The notes: generated by a model not told the origin, from the letters alone. DNA of 63,629 nt, filler included, from Olpidium bornovanus S191 (GCA_017911155.1; 31 parts of 31 records of this genome joined end to end with filler, not necessarily neighbours in it), one strand, 5' to 3'; shown: positions 35,540 to 47,100, counted from the first letter of the whole stretch. Program-made: numbers and translations.

Positions 35540-36690
35540 GTGGAAGGAGGCGAAAGGTTTGCGGATATCCGGTCAGTGATAACGAGATCACCAACATAAA
35601 TTGCCATTAAAGCTGAGATCGTAAATGGCCTTGTGAAGTAGCCAAACTTGATCCTTTTTAGCTCTCATTCCTTCTGGTGGTTCCATGAACACCCGATGCT
35701 TCAGTGGTGCTTGAAGGTAGGCCGTTGCAATGTCATGCCCTTGGAGTATCCACTTGTGTGCAGTTGAGTATGCGATCAGCAAACGCAGGGCAGGATGGAA
35801 AACAACCGATGCAAATGTTTCGTCGATGCCTTCAGGTTGGGTGAATCCTCTGGCCACTAGATACGCCTTGAACTTGTCAGTTGTCGTATTAGTCCGTAAC
35901 TTTCGGAAAAACCCATTTGCAAGAACAAATCTGATGATGTGGCCTTTCAACCAATGAGTAAGTGCCGTAATGTTGAAGACTCTCCAATTCCCTGTCCATG
36001 GCCTGACGCCACTGCTCAGCATGTGGTGAATTAAGGGCTTGGTGAACCGTTGTTGTGTCAGTCCTTGTGGTTAAAGGTGATGACATGGCAGGCGATGCCT
36101 TTAGAAGACCAAAAGGTACGGGGCGTTTTTGCCGTCGCAATACTGCCTAACGAGCTTGTCACAAGACAAATTCTCAGCGGGTTCCCAGGTGTTATAGGAA
36201 GAATCGTATCCTTTCCACTTGACAAAAAACTGGATGTTGTTTTTTTCATCCTGACGATCTTGCAGTAAACGCTCAACAAGGTAGCTTTCTCCCTCAGAAT
36301 CTTCAAGAAGTCCAAATGACAGGATGTTTTGCGCAGTGATTTCTTCTCTTTCGTCTTTGTAAATGACTGTCCCGTCAAAGGCAACATCACACCTTTTAAC
36401 CACGGTGCCATCCTTTGGGTTCCAGATCCGGTATCCCTTAGAGACTTCTGAATATTTAACGAGGTATCCGATGGCTGCAGCATCTTCCAGTTTTAATGAG
36501 CGCTCCTCCTGAAGCAAATGGTAGTATGCCTTGCAGCCGAGATTTCGAAGGTATTGATGGAAATCAATGCTCTGGTGAGTATTTCGGTACTTGCAGATTG
36601 GGTAGTCGCCCTTGAGGAAACGATGAGGGGATCAGGTGTAGATATGAACCGTAGCTTGCCAAATTCATCCCAAAAATCAATGGGCAAACG
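35540..36690 (-). mobile_element. Degenerate Ty1/copia LTR retrotransposon pol: integrase, chromodomain, reverse transcriptase
   Basis: Copia domain order: LPIDFWDE, LRNLGCKAY..KLED..IGYLVKYSEVSKGYRIWNPKDGTVVKRCDVAFD (integrase SH3-like tail), chromodomain in the same frame, then QALNSPHAEQWRQAMDRELESL, CKWVF, FKAYLVARGFTQPEGID, DIATAYLQAPL..VFMEPPEG and IYVGDLVIT (YVDD variant). Frameshifts and a deletion are present. Confidence 0.92.
36138..36289 (-). other. Chromodomain within the copia pol
   Basis: ESYLVERLLQDRQDEKNNIQFFVKWKGYDSSYNTWEPAENLSCDKLVRQY; canonical Y-x-VE, VKW, KGY and TWEP residues present. Confidence 0.92.
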
Positions 36691-37665
36691 TTTGAGGGTT
36701 TTGGGGGTTTTTGTACTGCGGCAAGGTTCAAATCTCTTTATTGCGACGTCAGGTCCGGGTGCTATGGGTATGGTGACGCGCTAGCAAGTAAGGAAGAATA
36801 ACTATGAGCTGGGGAGGTGGGGGTCGGTGAGCGGGTGGAGCTACGGAGCGAGACGCGTGGTATTTGTGCCCTACGAGACCGATCGGGGCAGGACGTTGTC
36901 CGAGTCGGTCCTTGCTCGTCCGCCAACGCGGTTGCTTCTCCGCACGGTCGTGGTCTCCACGCGGGGCTCCGTGCCCGCACGCAGTTGCACGCGAGGGCAG
37001 TATCTCTTACCAGGGGGGTGGTGTGGTTGGCGGTGGGTTCCCGCATGTGGCGTTATTGTGGGAAGGGGGGCTCTTCTATTAGCGGGCTCTGAGGGGGGGG
37101 ACTATCCCATTGGTCAGGCCCCGGGCCGTCTTGTCCCCGCCTTCGCCTCCCGCCTGCCGCTACCTTCTGTGGTTTCCTCCTCGGCGTAGGGCGATGGTCG
37201 GGGCTAGGGCCGTGCCACAGCACACCCCCCGTACTTTCCGTCTGCGGAAAGTCTTGACGCTCGGCGTGCCATCCCCTGCCCCCTGGGCCGCCGGCCGCTC
37301 GGCGCCTGAAGTACTTTGTCACGGAGCGCGCTCCGGTGGCGTCAAACCCCTCTCGGGCCATGTCAAGTCCTTATCGAGGACAACCCGCCAAACAGCCAGC
37401 CAAGAAAGTCACGTGACCTTGAAATTGCCGAGATCANNNNNNNNNNNNNNNNNNNNNNNNNNNNNNNNNNNNNNNNNNNNTTAATTAATTAANNNNNNNN
37501 NNNNNNNNNNNNNNNNNNNNNNNNNNNNNNNNNNNNCAGGGGCTGGTGTGCGTAGTGTGCCCGCTGCGCAGCGTCTTCCTTTATTTTTGCCCCTTTATTC
37601 CAACACTCGCGAGGGCGGGAAAAAGTTTTTCTTTTGCCGCGGGGCGTGGGGGGGGGGGGGGGGGG

Positions 37666-37720
<55 letters not shown>

Positions 37721-37743
37721 CTTTTTTTTTTGTTTTCCGCGCG

Positions 37744-39179
37744 ATGGGCGGGGAGTACCCGGAGGACGCGGACGACGACGAGCGGCCGATCGGGGAGATG
37801 CACGCCGCCGCGGCCCCCCACGCGCGGCGCTCGCGCTCGATGAAGTTCCCGAAACCCCAAGCGAAGCGCCCGTTCAACCGGCGGCACTCTTCGGGGTCCA
37901 GCTTTGCCGACGGCGGCGCGGCCGGCCACTACCGCCCTTCGCGGCTGCGGAGCAGCTCGACCGACGTTTTCGCGCAGGGCGGCGCCGAGGGCGGCGAGGA
38001 GGGCGACGGCGACGAGAGCGGCGACTGGGAGACCAGCGGGGCGGAGACGCCTAGCGACGCCGATGACGATGACGACGGCGGCGGCGGGCCCGCGCAGGTC
38101 GACGTGGGGCCGGCAGCTCGGAGGCCGACCTGCGCGGACGGCGCCATGCCCACGCTTAGCGACATCCAGACGCTGACGAGCGCTCATGCGGGGCTCCGGA
38201 GGCGCCATTCCGCTCCGGGCAGGTCGGCGTTACTGCAGCCGCTGCTGCTGGGACCCGAGGCCCGCAGTTACACCATCGCGGACCTGCACGACCTCTGCGC
38301 GCAAAAGCTGAGGAATCCGCCGCCACGGCTGGGGCTGCACGGACAGCTCCTCCTGTACCGGCTCAGCCGGCATCTAATGGCGGAGGAAGCCGCTCACGGT
38401 AACCACCACCCCCACCATCGGAGGGCTTCCAGGAGGCGGAGCAAGATGCCTGCGAAGCCTCTCATCGACTTCGGTTCGTCGCCGCCCCTGTCGATCCCGC
38501 TCGTCGACTGCGCGCGCCGCCCGGCGTCGGCGCCCGCGCAGGGGCCGCCAAACGCGGCCGACGGCGGCGGCGGCGGCGGAGACACCTCGCAAGACAGGAA
38601 GGGAGAAAAGAAAGCGAAAAAAAAGCGGCGAAAAAAGAGCAAGAGGTCGGCGGCCGCCGCGGGAGGAGACCGCGGATCGCCCCCCGCCGCGAGATCCGCC
38701 GCCGACGACGCCGTCACGCAGGGGTTCCGGAAGACTCTGAGGCTGTTCACCATGCTGGACGTCATACCGAGCCGCAAGTCGTCCATTTTGCGGCGCTCGT
38801 CGCGCCCGAAACCGGTTGACCCTGGGCCGCCGCACAAAGCGGCGCTCGACAATCCTGTCGCCCCCGCTGCCGTCGACTATGAAAACCCGGCGGGAGGTAG
38901 GCCGATCTCGGAGCAAGCGGAGAATGCCGTTTCTGCCGCCGGCGAGCGGGCCGCCGAATCGGACGACACCGGTCAGAAAACGCCGCCGCCCAAACCTGTC
39001 TCCCGGCAGCCTGCGGGCGCATGTCAGTTGACGAGGTCGGCGAGGGTCAAGCCGTTCCGCATGGGAAAACCGGAAGACACTTGGGCTTCGAAGGGGGCTT
39101 CCCGCAGGCGACGGCAGTCGGATTTGGCAGCGACGGCCAGAAAGACGCTCCCGGAGTCGAACCCCCCGCGTCGGTTTTC
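37744..39179 (+). CDS. Hypothetical low-complexity protein, 3' open, with a basic NLS-like tract and a possible Zds_C-like motif
   Basis: Open frame of about 480 codons from ATG 37744; KKAKKKRRKKSKR; IADLHDLCAQKLRNPPPRLGLHGQLLLYRL. Confidence 0.55.
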
Positions 39180-40195
39180 NNNNNNNNNNNNNNNNNNNNN
39201 NNNNNNNNNNNNNNNNNNNNNNNTTAATTAATTAANNNNNNNNNNNNNNNNNNNNNNNNNNNNNNNNNNNNNNNNNNNNAATGTGCTCCGTGTGTCTGAA
39301 TGACCTGGTTCATTCATTACGCCCGGAATTTTGCACCGTACACGAAGCTGGTGACACGGAAGCACGCGTCACCCTTCTTCAGTGAGTCCGGGTTATCATG
39401 ACTAGCTCCTCCTCAGACTTGTTCCGTCAGCGCACCCTCCGTGGCTCATTCCCGTTCCACTTTAGGCTGCGTCGGTCTATCACCCAAGCTTTTCTTTGTG
39501 TCATGAATTGGCCGCCCATATTTTGGCTACCCTCAGTCTTCTCAATTTGAAATTCCTGTTTCTCCCATCAGATACGCAGTACTGCGGTCCAAACGGTTGT
39601 CGTGATTAAAACTATGACTCTCAGCCGGCCCCGGTCGCCAATGACAAGTTATAGTGAAGTCCGTGCGCTCATCTGTTCAATCTCCCTGCCCCAACCAGAC
39701 ATGGAGCTTTCTGACGACACCCCATGCTGGTGTCGCCTTGTGCTCGCGAATCGGGGTTCCCGGCGCCTCGTCAGAACGCCGCAAGAGGGCCCGAAAAGAC
39801 CTTGGTGTCATGGCCGCTTGATAACTCCGTCGACCAAACTGGTTTCAAGGCCCCCGGAAAATGGTCCGTGAGAGTCGGCAAAGATGTGGACGCCCTTGGC
39901 GTGTAACCGTGTCGGGCACTGGGTGTGGGAACATTTTTTTCTGCCGGCCCTAGCAGGCCCAGCTTCATAGCAAGGTCCTCCTCCAGCGCGGATGGGGCGA
40001 GTCCTTTTCTGGGGGGATTTAGGCGGTGCGAGACCGCGACGAAAAGCGAATGGAATGGGCCGCTGCTGCCGCCGCGTTGGGAAAATGTCTCCCTGCGCTG
40101 CATCGGGGGGAGGGGGAGAAAAAGGGGGGATGGGGATTTCTCACACGCACGCGCCTCCCCCAAACGGAAGGAATGAAAAGGAAAAGGAAAAAACC

Positions 40196-40226
<31 letters not shown>

Positions 40227-40235
40227 AAAGAAAAA

Positions 40236-42110
40236 ATGGCTCCAACTCTGGACCCTTACCTCCACGACGTGCGGTCGGTGACCAACCTCGTCGAGGACCA
40301 CCGCCGGCTAGTGATTCTCCTGTCCGCCATCGGGGGGTCGATCCTGCTGCAAACCGCGGTGTACGCCGTCCTACGGGGCATAGCCCGCAACACGGAATGG
40401 ACGTTCGACGAGACGCTGGTCGCGGAGAGGTGCGCGAGGGGGATGCTACGACCTGACTCCCGTGCGGCCGCCGGGCTACGACCTGACTCCCGTGCGGCCG
40501 CCGGTTCGCATCTCTTGTCGGCTCGCATAAGTGCTTTTGGGGCACCTGTGGCCCCGAAGTGCCGTCCCTTCGCTGCGTAGCCGGCCGGCTGAGCACGTTC
40601 ACTCCACCCCCGCTTCCCCCTCCTGCCCACTGCCCCCCGCGCCTTCCCGCCGATTACGGCAGTAAGTGGCCCACTTTTGTCCTCTTCCCAACGTTGGGAG
40701 CCAAGATCGCCTGGCGGCACGCGAGTTACGTCGATGACGACGAGACGAGAGAGCTCGTCCAGCGGATCCTCACCGTCCTATTGCTGCTGGAGCTCGCCTG
40801 GCTTACGGTGCGGGTGACGCAAGCGGAGCTTTCCGTGCTGGCCAAGCAGAACGAGTGGGCCGCCGACCAGGGCAGCGAGACGTGGAAGAAGCGGAGGGCA
40901 GCCACGCAGATCTCTGCGCTCAGGAATATGTGCAACTTCTTCGTCGTTTTCGGCGCCCTGTGCGCGGTCATGTTCACATTCCCCACCGCCTGGCAATTCG
41001 GGCTGAGCATGATGGCCAGCGCAGGTGCGTGAGGAGAAACCCCGGCGGCGTCGCGGGCGCAGCCCGACCGCAGTCACCTCGGGGTTGACCCTCGTCTCGT
41101 CCGCCGACGCACCGGACCGCCCGTGCCGCACGACAAAGGCGCGGCGGGAGTGGTGCTCGGCCTTGCGGCCAGGCCCGGCCTTCAGAACGTGATTTCGGCG
41201 CTGATCATTGGTGAGATCACGTTTCCCCGAGTTGCAAGGAAAATGAGGAAGGGGGGAAACTACGACGCCTCCCCCTTTTCCCCCGTAGGCTCGCCGCTGC
41301 TGACCGCCTGCCAAGCCGTTCCCCGACAGCCTGCAGCCACGGCATGACGCTGGACGACGAGCTCGTGGTCGAAAACGAGTTTGGCCGCGTGGAAGACATC
41401 AAGTCGCAATACGTGGGTGGGTCGGCCGGCTGCCCCGAAACGCCCTCTCGTTTTGGGGAAGTCCCGGATAAAAGAAAAGAAAAGAAAAAAAGAAGAAAAA
41501 AAAAAATTTGCTCACGCGTCGCCGTCGAAACCGGACCTTCCGCCCGCTTCCCCGCCCTCTGCGGCCGCCCCTTTTCCCCCCCACACACGCAGTGTTCCGC
41601 ATATGGGACGGCCGGCGGATGATCCTCCCGCTCTCCTACTTCACCGCGAAGCCCTTCCAGAACTGGACAAAGACGTCGACGTGGAAGATCGGCACCGTGT
41701 TCTTCTACTTCGCCCCGCTGATCCTCTCCCGGATGGGCCAGCTGCGCGAGCAGGTGGTCAGGCTGCTGACCACCAACGACGACGCGCGCCGCCTGTGGGA
41801 CGGCAAGGTCTTCTCCACACAGGTGACCAACGTGATGCAGGACGGCGGAGTCGTCGAGGTCCGCGTGCTGGCCAGCGCGGCCAAGGGAGGCGACGCCTTC
41901 GACCTCCGGTGTCTGGTCCGCGAGCACGTCATCGCCTTCGTCGTCGACAAGTGGCCAGACGTCCTCGTCCGCTCCAGGAACGAGGCGAGGATGTTTGCCG
42001 ACGAAGCCAACGTGTGGGACGTCGGCGATTCCGTTGACGACGACGCCGACGCGGGGAACAGCAAGGCGGTCGTGGAGAAGGAGGTTTTCGAGCACGCCAA
42101 AGGCGAGTGA
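40236..42110 (+). CDS. Small-conductance mechanosensitive channel (MscS family, bacterial-type), 5 exons, complete
   Basis: Exons 40236-40429, 40663-41024, 41139-41210, about 41330-41417 and about 41593-42110, all GT-AG. Product includes RRAATQISALRNM...MFTFPTAWQFGLSMMASAGAAGVVLGLAARPGLQNVISALII and LDDELVVENEFGRVEDIKSQYVVFRIWDGRRMILPLSYFTAKPFQNWTK...VEVRVLASA..GGDAFDLRCLVREHVIAF. Confidence 0.92.
40445..40504. repeat. Perfect 30-bp tandem duplication in MscS intron 1
   Basis: GCTACGACCTGACTCCCGTGCGGCCGCCGG x2. Confidence 0.95.
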
Positions 42111-43337
42111 CCAGCACGGTTCCCCGGAGAGGGGGGAAGGGGGGGAGACGGGAAGGGGAGGAGGAAGTGGCCGGGGGGAACAGATCCGTCGACTGTAGCG
42201 CGCTGCGCACGCGCTCGTCGAAAACGCAGAAAACCGTTCGCGTTTGTCCCTGCCCGATCCCTGCCGACGCCCCTCACATCATTGCGGGCGCGAGGAAAGG
42301 AAGAAACCCCGACGGGGCCCTTGTTCCGTCGAACAGGAAAGCCCTGACCGCAGAAGTTGCGTGCGCCCGGGGAGGGACGCACCTCACTTTCACGAGCTGA
42401 AGACCGTTAAATCTTCCTTTTCAAGAGCTGAAGGCCGCGTGCCGGAATGAGTCGCCGCAGAAAGCCGGCCGCAGAGTAGTGGGCTTCCGGGAACGTCCGG
42501 CGCACTTCTCTCGCAATGTGAAACACACACCTGTCGCGGTGGAGCCGAAACTGCGGGACGAACGAACGGCGGATTGCGAAGGGGCGGAAGGTCGTGATAT
42601 TTGGAGGTCCAGTGTCCCCTCGAGGGATAGGGGGATGGGAAAGGGGAGGGCGGAACACGACGTCGGTGCTGTGCCGAGGAACGTTTTGCCGGAAAAATGA
42701 CGGCAACCGAGGCCGCGGGAAGGTTCTTTTCCGCGAGCCAAGGTGGACCGGAGCAGCGAACGACGCCCGGCGAGGGCCACAGGGGCGGGACCTGTGTGCG
42801 AGTGGTCAGCGAGGCGAGATCTGCGCATTATGCGAGCGAGCACGTGTAGGTTTTACGTGCAGGCCACGTTGGAGACCTGGAAGGTCGACTTCCGCGACAG
42901 CGCACGCGGCCGGGCGTTCGACCGTTTTGGTCACGTAACACAAGGTTTCTTAGGGAGTCCAACGACAGTCCTATTGCCCGGGATGGCCTTACCAGCGGGA
43001 AGCCCATCGCACTGTTCGGGGAGAGATCGTGCCCTTCCCCCCCCCCCCCCCCCCCCCTCTCCCCGGGGCCCCCACCAGACACGCGGGGGACGGGACCAGA
43101 ATNNNNNNNNNNNNNNNNNNNNNNNNNNNNNNNNNNNNNNNNNNNNTTAATTAATTAANNNNNNNNNNNNNNNNNNNNNNNNNNNNNNNNNNNNNNNNNN
43201 NNCATGTAAAAAAAAAAAAACCAGGAAAAAGGTAGAAAAGAACGGGAGGAAGAAAAACAGTTGAAAAGGGAAATAAAGGAAAAGGGAGGGAAAACAAATT
43301 CGGGCTAGGCGTCTCGCGGCTTGAATCTCGTGACGAC

Positions 43338-44692
43338 AGTGGGGCCCTCTTGAGGTACTTGACGTTCAGGTTGGGAACGGAGTCAGCACGACGCCAAGTG
43401 CTTGGCAATGACGTTCGAAATCCGGACGTGCGAGGCCTTTCGTGAAGATGTCGGCTTGGTTCTCGCGGGAAGAGACTGCTTGCGGGGCGACCTTGCCTTG
43501 CTCGGCGGCTTCTCCTACGTAAAGGTACCGGATGTCGATATGTTTGCTTCTCTTGTTGATGCGTCGCGTGTCTCGGCTGATTTCGAGAGCTCCGTGGTTG
43601 TCCATAAAAAGGGGAATGGGATCCACGTCTCCGAGTACGTCTTCGACGATGTGCCGGAACCAGGAGATCTCGCGACACGCTTCCTACGCGGCGATGACTT
43701 CAGCTTCGGTTGAAGAGTTGGCGATACACGATTGCTTTCCGGACCTCCAAATGATGGTGGCGTGCAGAGCCGGGTGGTTTTCGGGGAGTTGCTTCGGTTT
43801 GACCTGAAGCAGGTAACCCGTGATGGATTTGCGGTCAGCAACAGCGCATGCCCAGTCGCTATCAGAGTATGCGACAATTTGGAGGGGCACATGGAGGCCG
43901 AAGCCGATGGTGGCCGGAAGCTGGGGGCCGAAGCCGGTGGCGGCCGGAAGCCGGAGGCCGAAGCCGGGGGCGGCCGGAAGCCGGAGGCCGGAGCCGGTGG
44001 TCCCGCAGAGGTACCGAAGAACCCGTTTTAGCGCGCTCCAGTGCGCAGGTGACGGGTTGGCCATAAACCGGAAGAGAAAGGAAATCGCGAGAGCGATGTC
44101 GGGTCTTGTTCGGGTGCTTAAGTAGTTGAGTGACCCGAGGAGCTCACTGTAGCGCGCCTTTTCAGCGGCAGGGGCGGTGTCATCTCGGGGAACGAGGCTG
44201 GCGATTGCCGATGGATCCAGAGGAATTGCCTCCGCGTGGCAGGTCGTATGGTTGAACTTCTCGAGGACTTTCTCCGTGTAGTGCCTTTGCACGAGGTGGA
44301 GATCGCCGTTCTCTGCTCGTATGACTTGGACTCCAAGGGTGTGAGTTAAGGCCCCACCGTCTGTCAACGAGGATCGCGCGTTGAGGGCCTGCGTGATGTT
44401 ATCGAGAACAGTGTTATCGGGGCCAGTAAGTATGATATCATCTACCCAAGTCGCAAAAATGGCGATTATAGAAGAAAAGGGTTTGAGGTTCTTATGATTG
44501 TGTAGTTCGGTGTCTTCGTTCGTTTGCAGTTTGGCGTCTTCGTCCCCAGCGTCTTCGTCCCCTCTGAGCGGGGCGGTCTGTTCCCCGCCGGGCGCCGAAG
44601 TGCGGAGATTGGGGTTCCGAAGGAGGTAGAGGCACGGCTTTGCGCGGACGGGGAGAAACCCGAGGTGCCAAAGGGAGGTGTCCAGATCATGG
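43338..44692 (-). mobile_element. Ty1/copia retrotransposon RT-RNase H 3' part with one nonsense codon
   Basis: GFLPVRAKPCLY...IFATWVDDIILTG...YSELLGSLNYLSTRTRPDIALA...HWSALKRVLRYLCGT...AYSDSDWA...DRKSITGY...IWRSGKQSCIANSSTEAEVIAA*...DNHGAL...RSKHIDIRYLYV...ENQADIFTKGL, ending at 43366. A weak purine tract and TG (43338) may mark the 3' LTR start. Confidence 0.95.
43891..44000 (-). repeat. In-frame 30-nt (10-aa) tandem repeat, about 3.7 copies, inside the copia pol
   Basis: GLRLPAAPGF/GLRLPAATGF/GPQLPATIGF/GLH; plus-strand units start at 43891, 43921, 43951 and 43981. Confidence 0.9.
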
Positions 44693-44851
44693 NNNNNNNN
44701 NNNNNNNNNNNNNNNNNNNNNNNNNNNNNNNNNNNNTTAATTAATTAANNNNNNNNNNNNNNNNNNNNNNNNNNNNNNNNNNNNNNNNNNNNCATGGATG
44801 ACACGTCGTGCTTCTCATTTGGAAATGCAGTTTTGACGACACTGCGGATTC

Positions 44852-45844
44852 TCAGCAAGCCTGGCCAATCCAGGTGGAAAACTCCAGACCGTCCTTCACA
44901 TCGGTCGTGTACTGCAAATGTGCTTCACGCGTGACGGTGGAACTGTATAACTTCTTGTCCCCAACGTGCTTGGAATAGTTTGTGACATTCTCTTTGTTTA
45001 CTGGGTCGAGAGGGCTGCATTGAGAACTGCAAATTTTCAAAGAACAGAACGCGGAGGGAGCAGGCCCTGGCACTCACCTATGACGTTGTCGGCGACCACG
45101 AGGGCACCAGGCCGAAGCAAGCCCAGCTTTTCAATCAGCTGGAGGTCGCTCAGGTAGCTGCATCCGCCCGCAGCCGGCGACGATCAGATTTAGCAGGTGC
45201 GAATCCGCGAGGGGGGCACCTGACCAAATGTCGAAGCCGATGAGGGGCGTGGGAAGAGGAACTCACCAGTCCTTTTGGTGGTCAATAAAGACGCAGTCGA
45301 CCTTGCCCCTCAGTTCCTCGCGGGCGGAAAGTTCAGGAAGGGCTTCGGCCGCAGTGCCGGGCACGAACTCCACCTTGTCGGCAAGACCGGCGAACGCCAC
45401 CACCTCCTTCGCCACAGTGTTGGTCCGCTCCACATCCGGGTCGATCGTGTAGAGTTTCCCGCCGGGGGGAAGGAGGCGCGCGATACGGACGGCCGAGTAC
45501 CCGACGAACGTCCCGAGTTCGACGACGTTCATCAGCGAGTCGACTTTCCGCAGGGCCTCGTCCAGGATGACGCCCTTCTCGTCGCCGAGGCTGCGCAACG
45601 GCCGCGCGAACGGGCGACGCGTCGGAACCATCATCTCAGCCGCGCGGACGGACGCGCGCGAACAGGGGGGGGAGAGGTGGCGCGTTGGCGGCGCGCCGGA
45701 TGCTGCCTTCGCTCACCTCATGTGCCAAGCTTTGGCCCAGCCAAACTCGTCCAAGGCGGCGAGGACAGCGTCAGGGTCGCGCGGGCGCGCGGTCTCCTTG
45801 ACGAACGCGAGCGCTGCGGCGGGGGAGAAGTCCGCTTTCGTCAT
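44852..45844 (-). CDS. COMT: Catechol O-methyltransferase family SAM-dependent methyltransferase, multi-exon
   Basis: PRDPDAVLAALDEFGW..WHM|SLGDEKGVILD...VVELGTFVGYSAVRIAR...LYTID...VDCVFIDHQKD|YLSDLQLIEKLGLLRPGALVVADNVI|...DGLEFSTW. Confidence 0.92.
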
Positions 45845-46705
45845 TTGGGTCGCGGGGCGGCGGTTATCGGGGCGCGTCCGAGGGATAGGCTTCGTTACGA
45901 ATTTTTTTTTTTTAATCGGCGATAGGTTTTGAGGGCGGGTGAGGGAGAAGGAGGCAGGCGCGTTTTCGGGAGGCAAAGGGGACAGCGTGTGTGCTTGTGG
46001 GGGGGAGAAGCGCCACAATTGAAGAACGCATGTCGTCGTCGGAATCTACAAAATCGTAGACGAGAATTCGAGCGACCGGGGCACCAACCTGCTCGATCTC
46101 TCCGGTCAGCCATTTTCTCAACGTGTTTGCTGTTGAGCGCCAACCGGTAGGAAACCCCGCAACCCCATCGAAAACACGAACGAATGCATAATCCATAAAA
46201 GTACTAGTGGTCGCAACAAATTTTGGAATGTACATTTAGAAGACAGCTAATGCAATACATGGNNNNNNNNNNNNNNNNNNNNNNNNNNNNNNNNNNNNNN
46301 NNNNNNTTAATTAATTAANNNNNNNNNNNNNNNNNNNNNNNNNNNNNNNNNNNNNNNNNNNNGGAAGTCCTCAGAATAGGATTCCGTATTGGACGTAAAA
46401 CGATGATGAACTTGCCGTCTGGCGTTGACGTTGATTCGGATCCAGCGACTAAAGATCCCCTGATATGACGGGGTCACCATGCCTGGATCTGCCTGACCGG
46501 TGGATTTGGACACAATTTGGTGTGCAGCGGGCCAAAATTGAGGCACTGGTCACGTGACTGCTTTGCGCGCCCCGCCCAACGAGAATTTGTTGTTCGGGAT
46601 CGTATTGAGATTTCCGATCGGCCTCGGAAATTAGTCGCGACAACGCAACGGCCGACCTGCTCCGCCGGTCCCTCAGCGGCCGTGGGAAGCAGACGCAAAC
46701 ACTGA

Positions 46706-47100
46706 ATGGCCAGGCAGGACAGGGCACGATCCGCGGGCAGCGCTGCAGACTTTCGGTCGAACCCAGCTTCCGCCGGCCCCGCCGCGCAGCCACCGACGCC
46801 ACTCGTGCGCGGGCCCGCCGTTCACCCGTCCCCCGCTTACGCCCCGCGGAAGCCGGGCCTGTTCGCGCAGGCGGCGACCACTGCTTTGGGAATCGCGGGA
46901 ATTAGTGGCTTTTTCGGCGGCGGCAACATATCTTCCGCCGACCCTGCTCCGCATCAGCAGCAGCAGCCGGAAACCACTCAACCACAGCAACCATACCTTG
47001 GAGAATTTGAGCTGCGAAGCAGACGCCCCGTGCGTTTACAGAATGATTGGAGCAGTACAACCGGGACGTAAAGATGTGCGAAATAAGAAATCACTATGGC
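46706..47100 (+). pseudogene. MIX17: MIX17/CHCHD2-like mitochondrial CX9C protein, disabled copy
   Basis: MARQ..R N-terminus, PGLFAQAATTALG and Gln-rich linker, then SCEADA(R)AFTE*LEQYNRDVKMCE. Two frameshifts, TGA at 47044 in place of the second Cys, and loss of the conserved GSAVGH segment. Confidence 0.7.

Noticed and set aside
40236-42110. MscS contig as bacterial contamination
   Set aside because: Four GT-AG introns, needed to keep the frame, and the same homopolymer-rich flanks as the other contigs.
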